Shown here in pieces: positions 8,158 to 15,698 of a stretch of 16,279 nt of DNA (position 1 is its first letter; each line of letters starts with the position of its first letter). Source of the DNA: an uncultured bacterium (GTDB lineage: Bacteria; Lernaellota; Lernaellaia; Lernaellales; Lernaellaceae). The position numbers were made by a program, and so were the translations under genes. The notes beneath the pieces were generated by a model. That model was not told the origin of the DNA. It saw only the letters and a list, made by a program, of their open reading frames with translations, and did no database searches. The stretch is taken from the NCBI GenBank assembly GCA_964534375.1, contig CAZHPN010000144.1, positions 1 to 16,279 of the forward strand, given 5' to 3'.

Positions 8158-8298
8158 CATATCATTCGACCTTTCGGTCCGGCGGCGACGGCCGTTATCC
8201 CGCCGGCAAAATCCCGCTCGCGCCCCCGGCGAATGAATTTGCGTTTCGCGAATAAATAAGTTCAAATAGGGCGAATCCGCTTGTTGGAGGAATCGACC

Positions 8299-9366
8299 AT
8301 GCGTCGTGGTTTGCCGCTGGTTGTCGCGGTGTACGTTCTGGTCGGCGCAGCCGCAGCGCACGGCGAGTCGCCGGCGTCGCCCCATGTTTGGCAGGAAGCC
8401 GTCACGCCGATGTCGCCGCTGCCCGAGAAAACCGGGGTGTTCGTCGACATGGTCTTTCAGCGGCTGAATGCGGGCGGCCAGCCGTATGTCTCGATCGAGG
8501 AATCCATCGCCCTGGCCGCGGCGGTCAACGATCAGGCCGAGGAATCGCTGACCGGCGTGCATTGGACGATGGCGCTCCAGCACAAGTACTTTGTCGCCTC
8601 GTACCGCACGGGCGAGCAGCTCGTCGCCGAACGCGATGGCGGCGAAACTTATAAAAAAGCCGCGCCGATTCATATCGACCCGACGGTTTGCCACGGCGCC
8701 AAAGCGACCGCGGACACGGTGGCCTTGCTGCGGGCGGTGCGCGAGGCGATCGGCGGCGACAAGAAGGCGCTGCCCGTCGATCTGACGCGGCGGCTGGCCG
8801 CGCGCTTCCAGGTGGACACCTTGGTGTTCCTGATGGTCGTTTCCTGCCGAGGCGGCAATCCGTCGCCGGCCGCCGGGACCCCAGGCGACGCATTCGACCG
8901 CGCCGCCTCGGCGGCCGCCGTCGTCGTGCGCGCCGTCGACGGCGCGGTGCTCTATCGCGCGGTCTCGCCGATCGCCGAGCCGCAACGCGAAAACACGATT
9001 CGCCATGCCGTGACCGAGGCGCTGGGCGGCCTGCCCCGCCGCGAGAAACAGCCGGCGTATCCGATTCCGAGCATGCCGAAAATCGAGGCGACCCCCCCGC
9101 CCGACGCCGATGCCGAAGACGCGCCGCCCGCAAAGCCGCGACGGACCCCAGCGAGCACGGACACGTTTGCCGGCCGCTCCGCCCGGCTCACTGGCGACCA
9201 CCCGATCGCCATCACCAAGCGGCCGAATGCGCTGAGTCCGTTGCTGTTCGAGGCGATGCCCGGCACGTCCGTGCGCATCGTCGAACGGTCGGGGGATTGG
9301 TTTCTCATCGCGTTGCCCAACGGGCTCGTGGGGTGGGCGCCCTTGGAGTCGATGGAACTGCCGTAG
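8299..9366 (+). CDS. Secreted hypothetical protein with Pro-rich linker and C-terminal bacterial SH3 domain
   Basis: RBS GGAGG at 8286-8290. Signal peptide MRRGLPLVVAVYVLVGAAAAHG. C-terminal PGTSVRIVERSGDWFLIALPNGLVGWAP fits the SH3b pattern. Confidence 0.75.
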   Translation: MRRGLPLVVAVYVLVGAAAAHGESPASPHVWQEAVTPMSPLPEKTGVFVDMVFQRLNAGGQPYVSIEESIALAAAVNDQAEESLTGVHWTMALQHKYFVASYRTGEQLVAERDGGETYKKAAPIHIDPTVCHGAKATADTVALLRAVREAIGGDKKALPVDLTRRLAARFQVDTLVFLMVVSCRGGNPSPAAGTPGDAFDRAASAAAVVVRAVDGAVLYRAVSPIAEPQRENTIRHAVTEALGGLPRREKQPAYPIPSMPKIEATPPPDADAEDAPPAKPRRTPASTDTFAGRSARLTGDHPIAITKRPNALSPLLFEAMPGTSVRIVERSGDWFLIALPNGLVGWAPLESMELP

Positions 9367-9396
9367 CCGACGGACCGAACCTGGCGCGGAATCCGG

Positions 9397-10932
9397 CTAT
9401 TTGCCGATATTTTTCAGCATCGCTTTCAAGTCGTCTTTGCTTTCCGGCCGGATGATTTCGCGGTTGTCGACCACCAGCGCGAAATCGTCAGCCAGCGAAA
9501 ACTCCGCGGCCAGATTGCTGTTGTCGGCGACTTCCTTGGCGGCCTTGTCGCCCAGCGCCGCCTTTTTCAGCGCCGCCGGGTCGAGGCCGGCCTTGCTCGC
9601 ATAGTCTTCCCACCATGTCGAAGCGGGGTTTTCGCCGCGCGCCTTCAGGTAATCCCAGATTTTGCGCGGCTGCAGATCCAACACGGCGATGACCCGCAGC
9701 ATCTCTTCGAGTTCCGGCGGCCCGCCCGGCGCGGCGATCTGCCCGTTTTCCACCGGCGCGTACGGACGCAAGCGGACTTGCAGCCCGAGCCCCTTGAATT
9801 CCGGCAGTTCCAGGACGTCGTGAACGTCCAGCAGCATGCGCATGGCGCGTGGCGAATACGGCGTAAAAAAAACATCGAGCGTTTTCGCCGCGAGCGGTCG
9901 ATCGAGGAAAATATTGGCCGCGATTCGCGGATTGAGCAGATAGGCGTCGTCCACTTTCGTCAGGTGCGCCGACAAGACCTGGAAATTCTTGCGCGCCTGC
10001 AGGTCGCCGGGAAACAGGTAGGCCGGGAGCCGGTCGATGTGGTATTTTTCCACGAGCTTCCGACCCTCGGGCGTCGAAAACTCCACCTTCACGATCTTGA
10101 TGTTGGGGTAAAGCTGCTTGTTCTGGGCCAGGACCATTTCCATCCGGCTCTTGTCGAGAGCAGATTCGCTGTAGACCACGGTTTGCGTGACGGGCGTGTC
10201 GTCGACCAATTCCGGCGGCACGGTGTTGGCGCGCTTGCCGCACGAACCGCTGGCGCTGCCGTCGGTGCGCGACAACGTGTCGGGCGCCGCAGCGCAGACG
10301 GCCGGCTTTTTGGGGCCGAGTGCGGCGCAGACCGCGTCGAACAACTCGCGGCTGTTCACGCCGCCCTGGTACGTCTGTTCGTTGAGAATAATCGTCGGGC
10401 TGGCCGTGACGTTGAGTTTCGTCGTCTCGGCGAGGTCCGCGCGCAGCAGCTTTTCCGCGGCGCCGTCTTTCACGCATTTCTCGATTTCGGCCCCGTCGAT
10501 CGCCAGATCCTTGGCGACCGCCGGCCAATCCTTGCCGCTCTCGTTTTGGCGAACCACGAATTCCAGTTGTTTGGCCGGCGCAATCTGACCGACGCACGCG
10601 TGCACCATGTCTTTTTGCAGTTCTTTGTCGCCGTGCAGCGAATGCAACGCGCCGTTCGGCTCTTGGTTGACGATGAACGCCAAGCGGGCGGCAAGTTGGC
10701 CGGGGAAGTAGGGCGCGACTTTCGCCAGGACTTTTTCGGCCGGAATGCCGAACGGGCAATCGCTCATGACGTATAGCGTCAGGCTGGCGGCCCCGCCGGA
10801 CGGCGCGGGCTTCGCGGCCGCGCCGGGCGCCGCCGGCGCGGCGGCCGGGTTTTTGGTTTTCTCGCCGCATCCCCACACGGTCAGCAATCCGAGAAAAACC
10901 AACCATGGCAAAAGTCGTCGGGTTTGTCGCAT
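9397..10932 (-). CDS. Lipoprotein with multiple thioredoxin-fold (DsbA/GILT-like) domains
   Basis: RBS AAGGA before ATG 10932. Lipobox-like VWGC (Cys22) and Ala/Pro linker. LYVMSDCPFG, SLHGDKE and cis-Pro-like VTASPTIILN, followed by two Cys-free Trx-like modules. Confidence 0.8.
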   Translation of the reverse strand: MRQTRRLLPWLVFLGLLTVWGCGEKTKNPAAAPAAPGAAAKPAPSGGAASLTLYVMSDCPFGIPAEKVLAKVAPYFPGQLAARLAFIVNQEPNGALHSLHGDKELQKDMVHACVGQIAPAKQLEFVVRQNESGKDWPAVAKDLAIDGAEIEKCVKDGAAEKLLRADLAETTKLNVTASPTIILNEQTYQGGVNSRELFDAVCAALGPKKPAVCAAAPDTLSRTDGSASGSCGKRANTVPPELVDDTPVTQTVVYSESALDKSRMEMVLAQNKQLYPNIKIVKVEFSTPEGRKLVEKYHIDRLPAYLFPGDLQARKNFQVLSAHLTKVDDAYLLNPRIAANIFLDRPLAAKTLDVFFTPYSPRAMRMLLDVHDVLELPEFKGLGLQVRLRPYAPVENGQIAAPGGPPELEEMLRVIAVLDLQPRKIWDYLKARGENPASTWWEDYASKAGLDPAALKKAALGDKAAKEVADNSNLAAEFSLADDFALVVDNREIIRPESKDDLKAMLKNIGK

Positions 10933-10970
10933 CGGCCGTTTCCTTCGTTCGTCGCCCAAAAGTGCGAAAC

Positions 10971-10999
10971 AACATCTTTTCTGGCGGCCGTTTTGTCAA
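10971..10999 (-). promoter_or_regulatory. Putative sigma70 promoter for the lipoprotein gene
   Basis: Minus strand TTGACA (10999-10994), 17 nt, GATGTT (10976-10971). Confidence 0.45.
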
Positions 11000-11057
11000 G
11001 ACCGGGCGCCGCGGCGCCGGCGGTCCCGCCGGGAACCCCGGCGGTCGCGCAATCTGC

Positions 11058-11086
11058 TTGACAGGCCCGGTATTGCACGCTAAAAG
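11058..11086 (+). promoter_or_regulatory. Putative sigma70 promoter for the SCP2 gene
   Basis: TTGACA (11058-11063), 17 nt, TAAAAG (11081-11086). Confidence 0.55.
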
Positions 11087-11186
11087 AAATCCACGTGGTT
11101 TTCGTGAATAACCAGGCAAACTGCTGAACGATACTCGAAACTTTATCTTGCCTTTCCGAGAAAGGCGCACGCAGGAGGTTCTCACC

Positions 11187-11516
11187 ATGGCCGATTTGAC
11201 TGTTCCCCAGATCTTCGAAAACATGAAAGCGAAAATGGCTGCCGACCCGGGCAAAGTGGCCGGCATCAACGCGATTTACCAGTTCAACGTCACCGGCGCC
11301 GGCGGCGGCGAATGGTACGTCAACCTGAAGGCGGCGGCTCCGGAAGTCGTGGCCGGAACCGCGGCCGACGCCAACTGCACCGTGACGCTTGCCGACGAAG
11401 ATTTCGTCGCGATCACGTCCGGCGCCCTGAACGCCCAGATGGCGTTCATGACCGGCAAAGTCCGCATCGGCGGCGATATGGGCCTGGCGATGAAGCTGGG
11501 GAAAATCCTCGGCTAA
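11187..11516 (+). CDS. SCP2 sterol/lipid-binding domain protein
   Basis: RBS AGGAGG at 11173-11178. YQFNVTG..GGEWYV and DFVAITSGALNAQMAFMTGKVRIGGDMGLAMKL are the SCP2 signature. Confidence 0.95.
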   Translation: MADLTVPQIFENMKAKMAADPGKVAGINAIYQFNVTGAGGGEWYVNLKAAAPEVVAGTAADANCTVTLADEDFVAITSGALNAQMAFMTGKVRIGGDMGLAMKLGKILG

Positions 11517-11540
11517 TCCGTTTTTTTCGCGTGGCAGTAC

Positions 11541-11573
11541 AGGGAAGAGACGAGCGTGTCTCTTCCCTTTTTT
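11541..11573 (+). terminator. Rho-independent terminator after the SCP2 gene
   Basis: Perfect 11-bp stem AGGGAAGAGAC / GTCTCTTCCCT with a 6-nt loop, followed by a T run. Confidence 0.8.
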
Positions 11574-11593
11574 CTGCCCGGGGGAGGACGCAC

Positions 11594-12010
11594 ATGACGT
11601 CGGCGGTGAAATGGCTGCGAATCAGTTATCGGCTCGGCGCCGCTTTCGATGCCGCGATGCTGATTCCGATGTTGTCGCCGACCGTCGGCGGGCGGCTTTT
11701 CGGCATTGACAATTTCGCCCCGGGTCCCGATTTCCGTTACGCGATGGGCGTGGCGGCCGCGCTGATGGCCGGATGGACCGCGCTGCTGCTTTGGGCCGAC
11801 CGCCGGCCCCTCGAACGCCGCGGCATCCTGCTGCTGACCGTTTGCCCGGTGCTCGTCGGCCTGATGGCCGCCGGCGCGTACGCGGTCGCCGCCGGACTCG
11901 TCGCGCCGGCGAAGATGCTGCCGGTCTGGATTCTCCAGTTCGCGCTGGCCACGCTGTTTGTCGTCGGTTATCGTCGCGGGGCGGCTGGCGCCGAGCGCGA
12001 CAGCGGTTAA
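11594..12010 (+). CDS. Small integral membrane protein (about 4 TM), unknown function
   Basis: RBS GGAGGA before ATG 11594. Four hydrophobic segments and the motif LLLWADRRPLERRGILLLT. Confidence 0.8.
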   Translation: MTSAVKWLRISYRLGAAFDAAMLIPMLSPTVGGRLFGIDNFAPGPDFRYAMGVAAALMAGWTALLLWADRRPLERRGILLLTVCPVLVGLMAAGAYAVAAGLVAPAKMLPVWILQFALATLFVVGYRRGAAGAERDSG

Positions 12011-12044
12011 ATTAATCGGCAGATAAGCTTTCACGAGGGAAATC

Positions 12045-12608
12045 ATGCCGCAACATGAACATTGTTGTCCGTGGTGGCTGGGTTATTTTTTGGCGAACCC
12101 GGTCCGGCGCTGGCTGCACAATCCGCCGGCGATTCTCGCCCGGTATCTCACCCCCGGCATGACGGCGCTCGAACCCGGCCCCGGCATGGGATTTTTCACA
12201 CTGGAAATGGCGCGCCTCGTCGGGCCGACCGGCCGCGTGATCGCCGTCGACATTCAGGAAAAAATGCTGGCGGCGCTGCGGCGGCGCGCGGAAAAGGCGG
12301 GCCTCGCGGATCGGATCGAGGCCCGGCTGGCGCCGCCCGAAAGTCTCGCCGTCGCCGATTTGCAGGGCCAGGTCGATTTTGTCCTGGGCTTCTGGACGGT
12401 GCACGAATTGCCCGACCTCGCGCGCTTTTTCGCCGAGGCCGCGGCGGCGCTCAAACCCGGCGGCCGCTTGCTCGCGGTCGAACCGCGGCAGCACGTGACC
12501 GAAACGGAATTCGCCGACCAGATGAAAGCCGCCGAAACCGCCGGATTCCGGGTCGAGAGCCGGCCGGAGATCCACTGGAGTTACGCGGCGACGTTCGTGA
12601 AACAGTGA
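12045..12608 (+). CDS. Class I SAM-dependent methyltransferase (Methyltransf_11/UbiE-like)
   Basis: RBS GAGGG. LEPGPGMGFFT, VIAVDIQEKML, VHELPD and LKPGGRLL, with N-terminal HCCPWW. Confidence 0.9.
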   Translation: MPQHEHCCPWWLGYFLANPVRRWLHNPPAILARYLTPGMTALEPGPGMGFFTLEMARLVGPTGRVIAVDIQEKMLAALRRRAEKAGLADRIEARLAPPESLAVADLQGQVDFVLGFWTVHELPDLARFFAEAAAALKPGGRLLAVEPRQHVTETEFADQMKAAETAGFRVESRPEIHWSYAATFVKQ

Positions 12609-12642
12609 ACAGTGAACAATGATCAGTGAACAGTGAACAGTG
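12601..12642 (+). repeat. Heptamer tandem array, 6 units of AACAGTG (left arm)
   Basis: AACAGTG AACAGTG AACAATG ATCAGTG AACAGTG AACAGTG. It contains the methyltransferase stop codon (TGA 12606-12608). Confidence 0.95.
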
Positions 12643-12708
12643 GGCCGCCCCCCCGGTCACCCGGCCAATCCGTGAAGAGTCGGCGTTCGTGAATCGCGAA
12701 TTTGTCAA

Positions 12709-12762
12709 ATAGGTCACATAGGTCGTCTAGGTCGTCTAGGTCCTATAGGACGTATGGGTCTA
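12709..12762. repeat. Nonamer tandem array, 6 units of about (A/C)TAGGTCGT
   Basis: ATAGGTCAC ATAGGTCGT CTAGGTCGT CTAGGTCCT ATAGGACGT ATGGGTCTA, containing palindrome GTCCTATAGGAC at 12740-12751. Confidence 0.9.
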
Positions 12763-12804
12763 AGAAATATCGCGTTGTCATAGTGGCAATACATGCCCGC
12801 CGAC

Positions 12805-12846
12805 AATTGTTCATTGTTCACTGTTCATTGTTCACTGTTCACTGGT
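12805..12846 (-). repeat. Heptamer tandem array, 6 units of AACA(G/A)TG on the minus strand (right arm, inverted relative to the left)
   Basis: The minus strand after the TAA of the reductase reads g ACCAGTG AACAGTG AACAATG AACAGTG AACAATG AACAATT. Confidence 0.95.
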
Positions 12847-12847
12847 C

Positions 12848-14020
12848 TTAAACGGCAACGACCAGGTCCGTGAGCGGAAACGCCACGCAGGCGTGAATGT
12901 AGCCGAACTGGCGGTCCGCCTCGCGGACGCCGGCGGTCGGCGGCATATACACGCGGCCCTCGATCAGTTTCGTGCGGCAAGCGCTGCACTCGCCGGAGCG
13001 GCACACGGCCGGAACCACAATGCCGTGGCGTTCCAGCGAATTGATGAGCGGCTCGCCGGCGATCGCGGGAATGACCCGGTCGCCGACCCTCACTTGGAAC
13101 TCGGCCGTCGGCGACAAATGGGCCGGCCAGCCGACGTGCCGCGCGACGTCGGCGGGCGGTCCGTACAGTTCGCGTTTGATCTTGTGCCGCGGCGCGCCGA
13201 ACTTCGCCAACTCCGGCAGGCAGAAATCGTACATCGCGTTCGGGCCGCACAGATAAAACGTTTTGCCGTCTGGCGCGCCGATTTCGTTGCGCAACAAGGC
13301 CGCGTCAAGAAAACCCTTGGGGCCGCGCCAGTTTTTCGGCGGGTCGGAAATTTGCAGGCAATAGCGAAAACGCGGCGTCGTTTTCGCGAGTTCGGCGAGC
13401 TCGTCCGCGAAGATCACGTCGTGCGGATCGCGCGAGCCGTACAGCAACGCGATCTGCAACGGCCAACCTTTTTCCGCCTGCTCGCGAATCATGCTCATGA
13501 ATGGCGTGATGCCGCTGCCGCCCGCCAGAAAGACGAGATCGTCGCCGTCGATCAGCGGCTCGTGATAGAACGACCCGGCCGGCCCCGAAGCGTCGAGCGA
13601 ATCGCCGACGTGGATGTTCGCGGCGAGATAGGGCGAGACGAAGCCGCGTTTCAGCCCGCGCGCCGTCAAGTCGAGATAGTCGCGGCCCGGCGGCGAGGAA
13701 ATGCTGAACGGCCGGCTGGTCAGCACGCCCTGGAAATCGACATAGAGGTTGATGTACTGGCCGGCGCGGAACGGCGGCAGCGGGCCGTCGACCCGCACGA
13801 GGCGGAACGTCTTGGTCGACGGCGCCTCCTGGATCACCCGGATCACGCGCAACCGCATGCGCGCGGGGTGCAACGCCTCGACCATCCGCTTCGCCTGTTC
13901 GCGGTATTCGTCGGCCCGAAAATCGACGCCCATGCCCGGCCGGCGGATCGTGCGCCAGCCGTAGAAGGTGCGCGCGTATTGGCTGAAATCGCGAAATGCG
14001 TCGAAAATGCTAGCGGGCAT
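12848..14020 (-). CDS. Ferredoxin-NAD(P) reductase-type FAD/NAD-binding oxidoreductase with C-terminal [2Fe-2S] domain (PaaE/Hcr-like architecture)
   Basis: RBS AAAGGAG before ATG 14020. RPFSISS, GFVS, LAGGSGITP, YLCGP and CRSGECSAC...HAC. Overlaps the upstream gene by 11 nt. Confidence 0.92.
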   Translation of the reverse strand: MPASIFDAFRDFSQYARTFYGWRTIRRPGMGVDFRADEYREQAKRMVEALHPARMRLRVIRVIQEAPSTKTFRLVRVDGPLPPFRAGQYINLYVDFQGVLTSRPFSISSPPGRDYLDLTARGLKRGFVSPYLAANIHVGDSLDASGPAGSFYHEPLIDGDDLVFLAGGSGITPFMSMIREQAEKGWPLQIALLYGSRDPHDVIFADELAELAKTTPRFRYCLQISDPPKNWRGPKGFLDAALLRNEIGAPDGKTFYLCGPNAMYDFCLPELAKFGAPRHKIKRELYGPPADVARHVGWPAHLSPTAEFQVRVGDRVIPAIAGEPLINSLERHGIVVPAVCRSGECSACRTKLIEGRVYMPPTAGVREADRQFGYIHACVAFPLTDLVVAV

Positions 14021-15557
14021 GGCCGGCTCCTTTCTCCACCCTCGTCCGCGCCGCGGCGACGTCGGCCGCGATCCGCCCGGACAGGATGGCCGGCTCGAAG
14101 CCGCCGCCGGGCGGAGTCCAGGCGCCCGCGAAATACAGGCCGCCGAGCGGCCCCCAATGCGGCAGGCGGAAAAAGGCTGCTTCGCCCGGCGGTTGGTCGA
14201 AGCCGTAGATGCTGCCGCCGAGTTGCCCGGCAAAGCGCATGTTGGTCACGGGCGTGGAAACCTCTACGACTTCGGCGTGCCGGCGCAAATTGGGGATGAC
14301 GCGTTCGGCCACGTCGAGCATCGCCGCGGCGATGCGGTTTTTCGTTGACACATAATCCGCCGGCGCCACGCGCCGCCACGGCTCGCCGTACATCAACGCG
14401 GTCAGCACGACGATCGCCGTTCCGGGCGGCGACGCCTCGGGCCAGACCGCGTTGTAGCAGGTGACCGCGATGCTCCCGGGCGCGTCCAGCGTTTTCATCG
14501 CTTTGTAATGCGCATCCAGATTGTAGTCGGCGTTGACGAAGGTTTCGTGATCGGCGAGGCCCAATTTCTCCGCCGGCGCCGCCAGGCCGAGATAGACGTT
14601 GAACGACGAGGCGCCGACGCTGCACGAGCGCACGCGGCGCCAGAAGCTGTCCGGCGTTTTGTCGGCGCCGACCAAATCGCGGCAGGTCGAGATCGGGTCG
14701 AGATTCGAGATGACGCAGCGGGTCGGAATCTCGTCGCCGTCTTGCGTGATCACCCCCGCGACCCGGCCGCCTTTCGTGAGGATTTTCACGGCCGCGCTGT
14801 TGAACCGCACTTCGCCGCCGTTGTCCTCGAAGGCTTGCACAAAGGCCTGCGAGAGCGCTTGCGAGCGGCCCTTGATGTAGGTCGGGCCGTGCTCGATGTA
14901 CGACGCCATCGCCATCGCAAAATACAGGTACGAAATCTTCGCCGGCGGCAGGCCGAAATAGCCCCAAATCTGCGACAGCACCGCGCGCGCCTTCGGGTCT
15001 TTCACGTCGCGGTTGAGCACGCTGCCCCAGGTGGATAACGAGTAACGCAGGGCGTTGCCGATGTTGAGCGGCAACCGCACGAGATCGGCGGCGCCGGGAA
15101 GCTGGCGGCTCAGCGACAGCCGGTAAAAGAAATTGAGCTCTTCGTTCAGCGAAAAGATGCGTTTCAGAAACTGGCGAATGCCTTTGGCCTCGTTCGGGAA
15201 CGCGTCGCAGAGGGTCTGTTCGTACGCCTTGCGGCCCACCGGCAAGCGGAGATCGAGGTCGGGGAAAACGCTGCGGTAGAACCCCGGGATGCGCGCGATT
15301 TCGATTTTTTCGGCGACGCCCAGGCGGTCGAGATAGTGATACAGGCCGCCCGGCCGGTCCGGCCCGCCCAGGCCCGACAATTCGTGCAAGGCGACCTCGA
15401 ACTCGAACCGCCCGCGCACGAAACTCGTCGCGTAACCCCCGGGCACGTTGTGCTTCTCCAGCAGCAGCACCCGCCGGCCCTTGCGCGCCAGCCGCGTCGC
15501 TGCGGACAAGCCGCCGAGCCCCGCGCCGATGACGACGGCGTCGTAGGTCTTGGCCAT
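14010..15557 (-). CDS. Phytoene desaturase / all-trans-retinol 13,14-reductase family FAD oxidoreductase
   Basis: RBS AAGGAG before ATG 15557. YDAVVIGAGLGGL...LLEKHNVPGG, STPVTNMRF..GGSIYG and GLYFAGAWTPPGGG..PAILSG. Confidence 0.9.
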   Translation of the reverse strand: MAKTYDAVVIGAGLGGLSAATRLARKGRRVLLLEKHNVPGGYATSFVRGRFEFEVALHELSGLGGPDRPGGLYHYLDRLGVAEKIEIARIPGFYRSVFPDLDLRLPVGRKAYEQTLCDAFPNEAKGIRQFLKRIFSLNEELNFFYRLSLSRQLPGAADLVRLPLNIGNALRYSLSTWGSVLNRDVKDPKARAVLSQIWGYFGLPPAKISYLYFAMAMASYIEHGPTYIKGRSQALSQAFVQAFEDNGGEVRFNSAAVKILTKGGRVAGVITQDGDEIPTRCVISNLDPISTCRDLVGADKTPDSFWRRVRSCSVGASSFNVYLGLAAPAEKLGLADHETFVNADYNLDAHYKAMKTLDAPGSIAVTCYNAVWPEASPPGTAIVVLTALMYGEPWRRVAPADYVSTKNRIAAAMLDVAERVIPNLRRHAEVVEVSTPVTNMRFAGQLGGSIYGFDQPPGEAAFFRLPHWGPLGGLYFAGAWTPPGGGFEPAILSGRIAADVAAARTRVEKGAGHAR

Positions 15558-15698
15558 GAATGATCTCCTTAACCCCGAGAGATCTGAGCGTAGCAAAGAA
15601 GCGCGGGCGGAGCAATGAGCGCGAGCCGGGCGATATCTCGCCACGGTCGAGATCGCGACGGGCGAGGCCTTATCCGCAATGGGTCGGCGGCGCGCTGC

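Noticed and set aside
12451..12717. 88-aa ORF with HCSLFT repeats, and alternative-frame ORFs ending VNSEQ
   Set aside because: These are translations of the heptamer arrays, overlapping real genes, with no independent coding evidence.
12601..12846. CRISPR array
   Set aside because: Units are 7 and 9 nt in direct tandem with no unique spacers, and there are no cas genes in the window.
2535..15557. Carotenoid cluster (crtF plus crtI)
   Set aside because: The two genes are over 10 kb apart on opposite strands, there is no crtB or crtE, and both families are broad.
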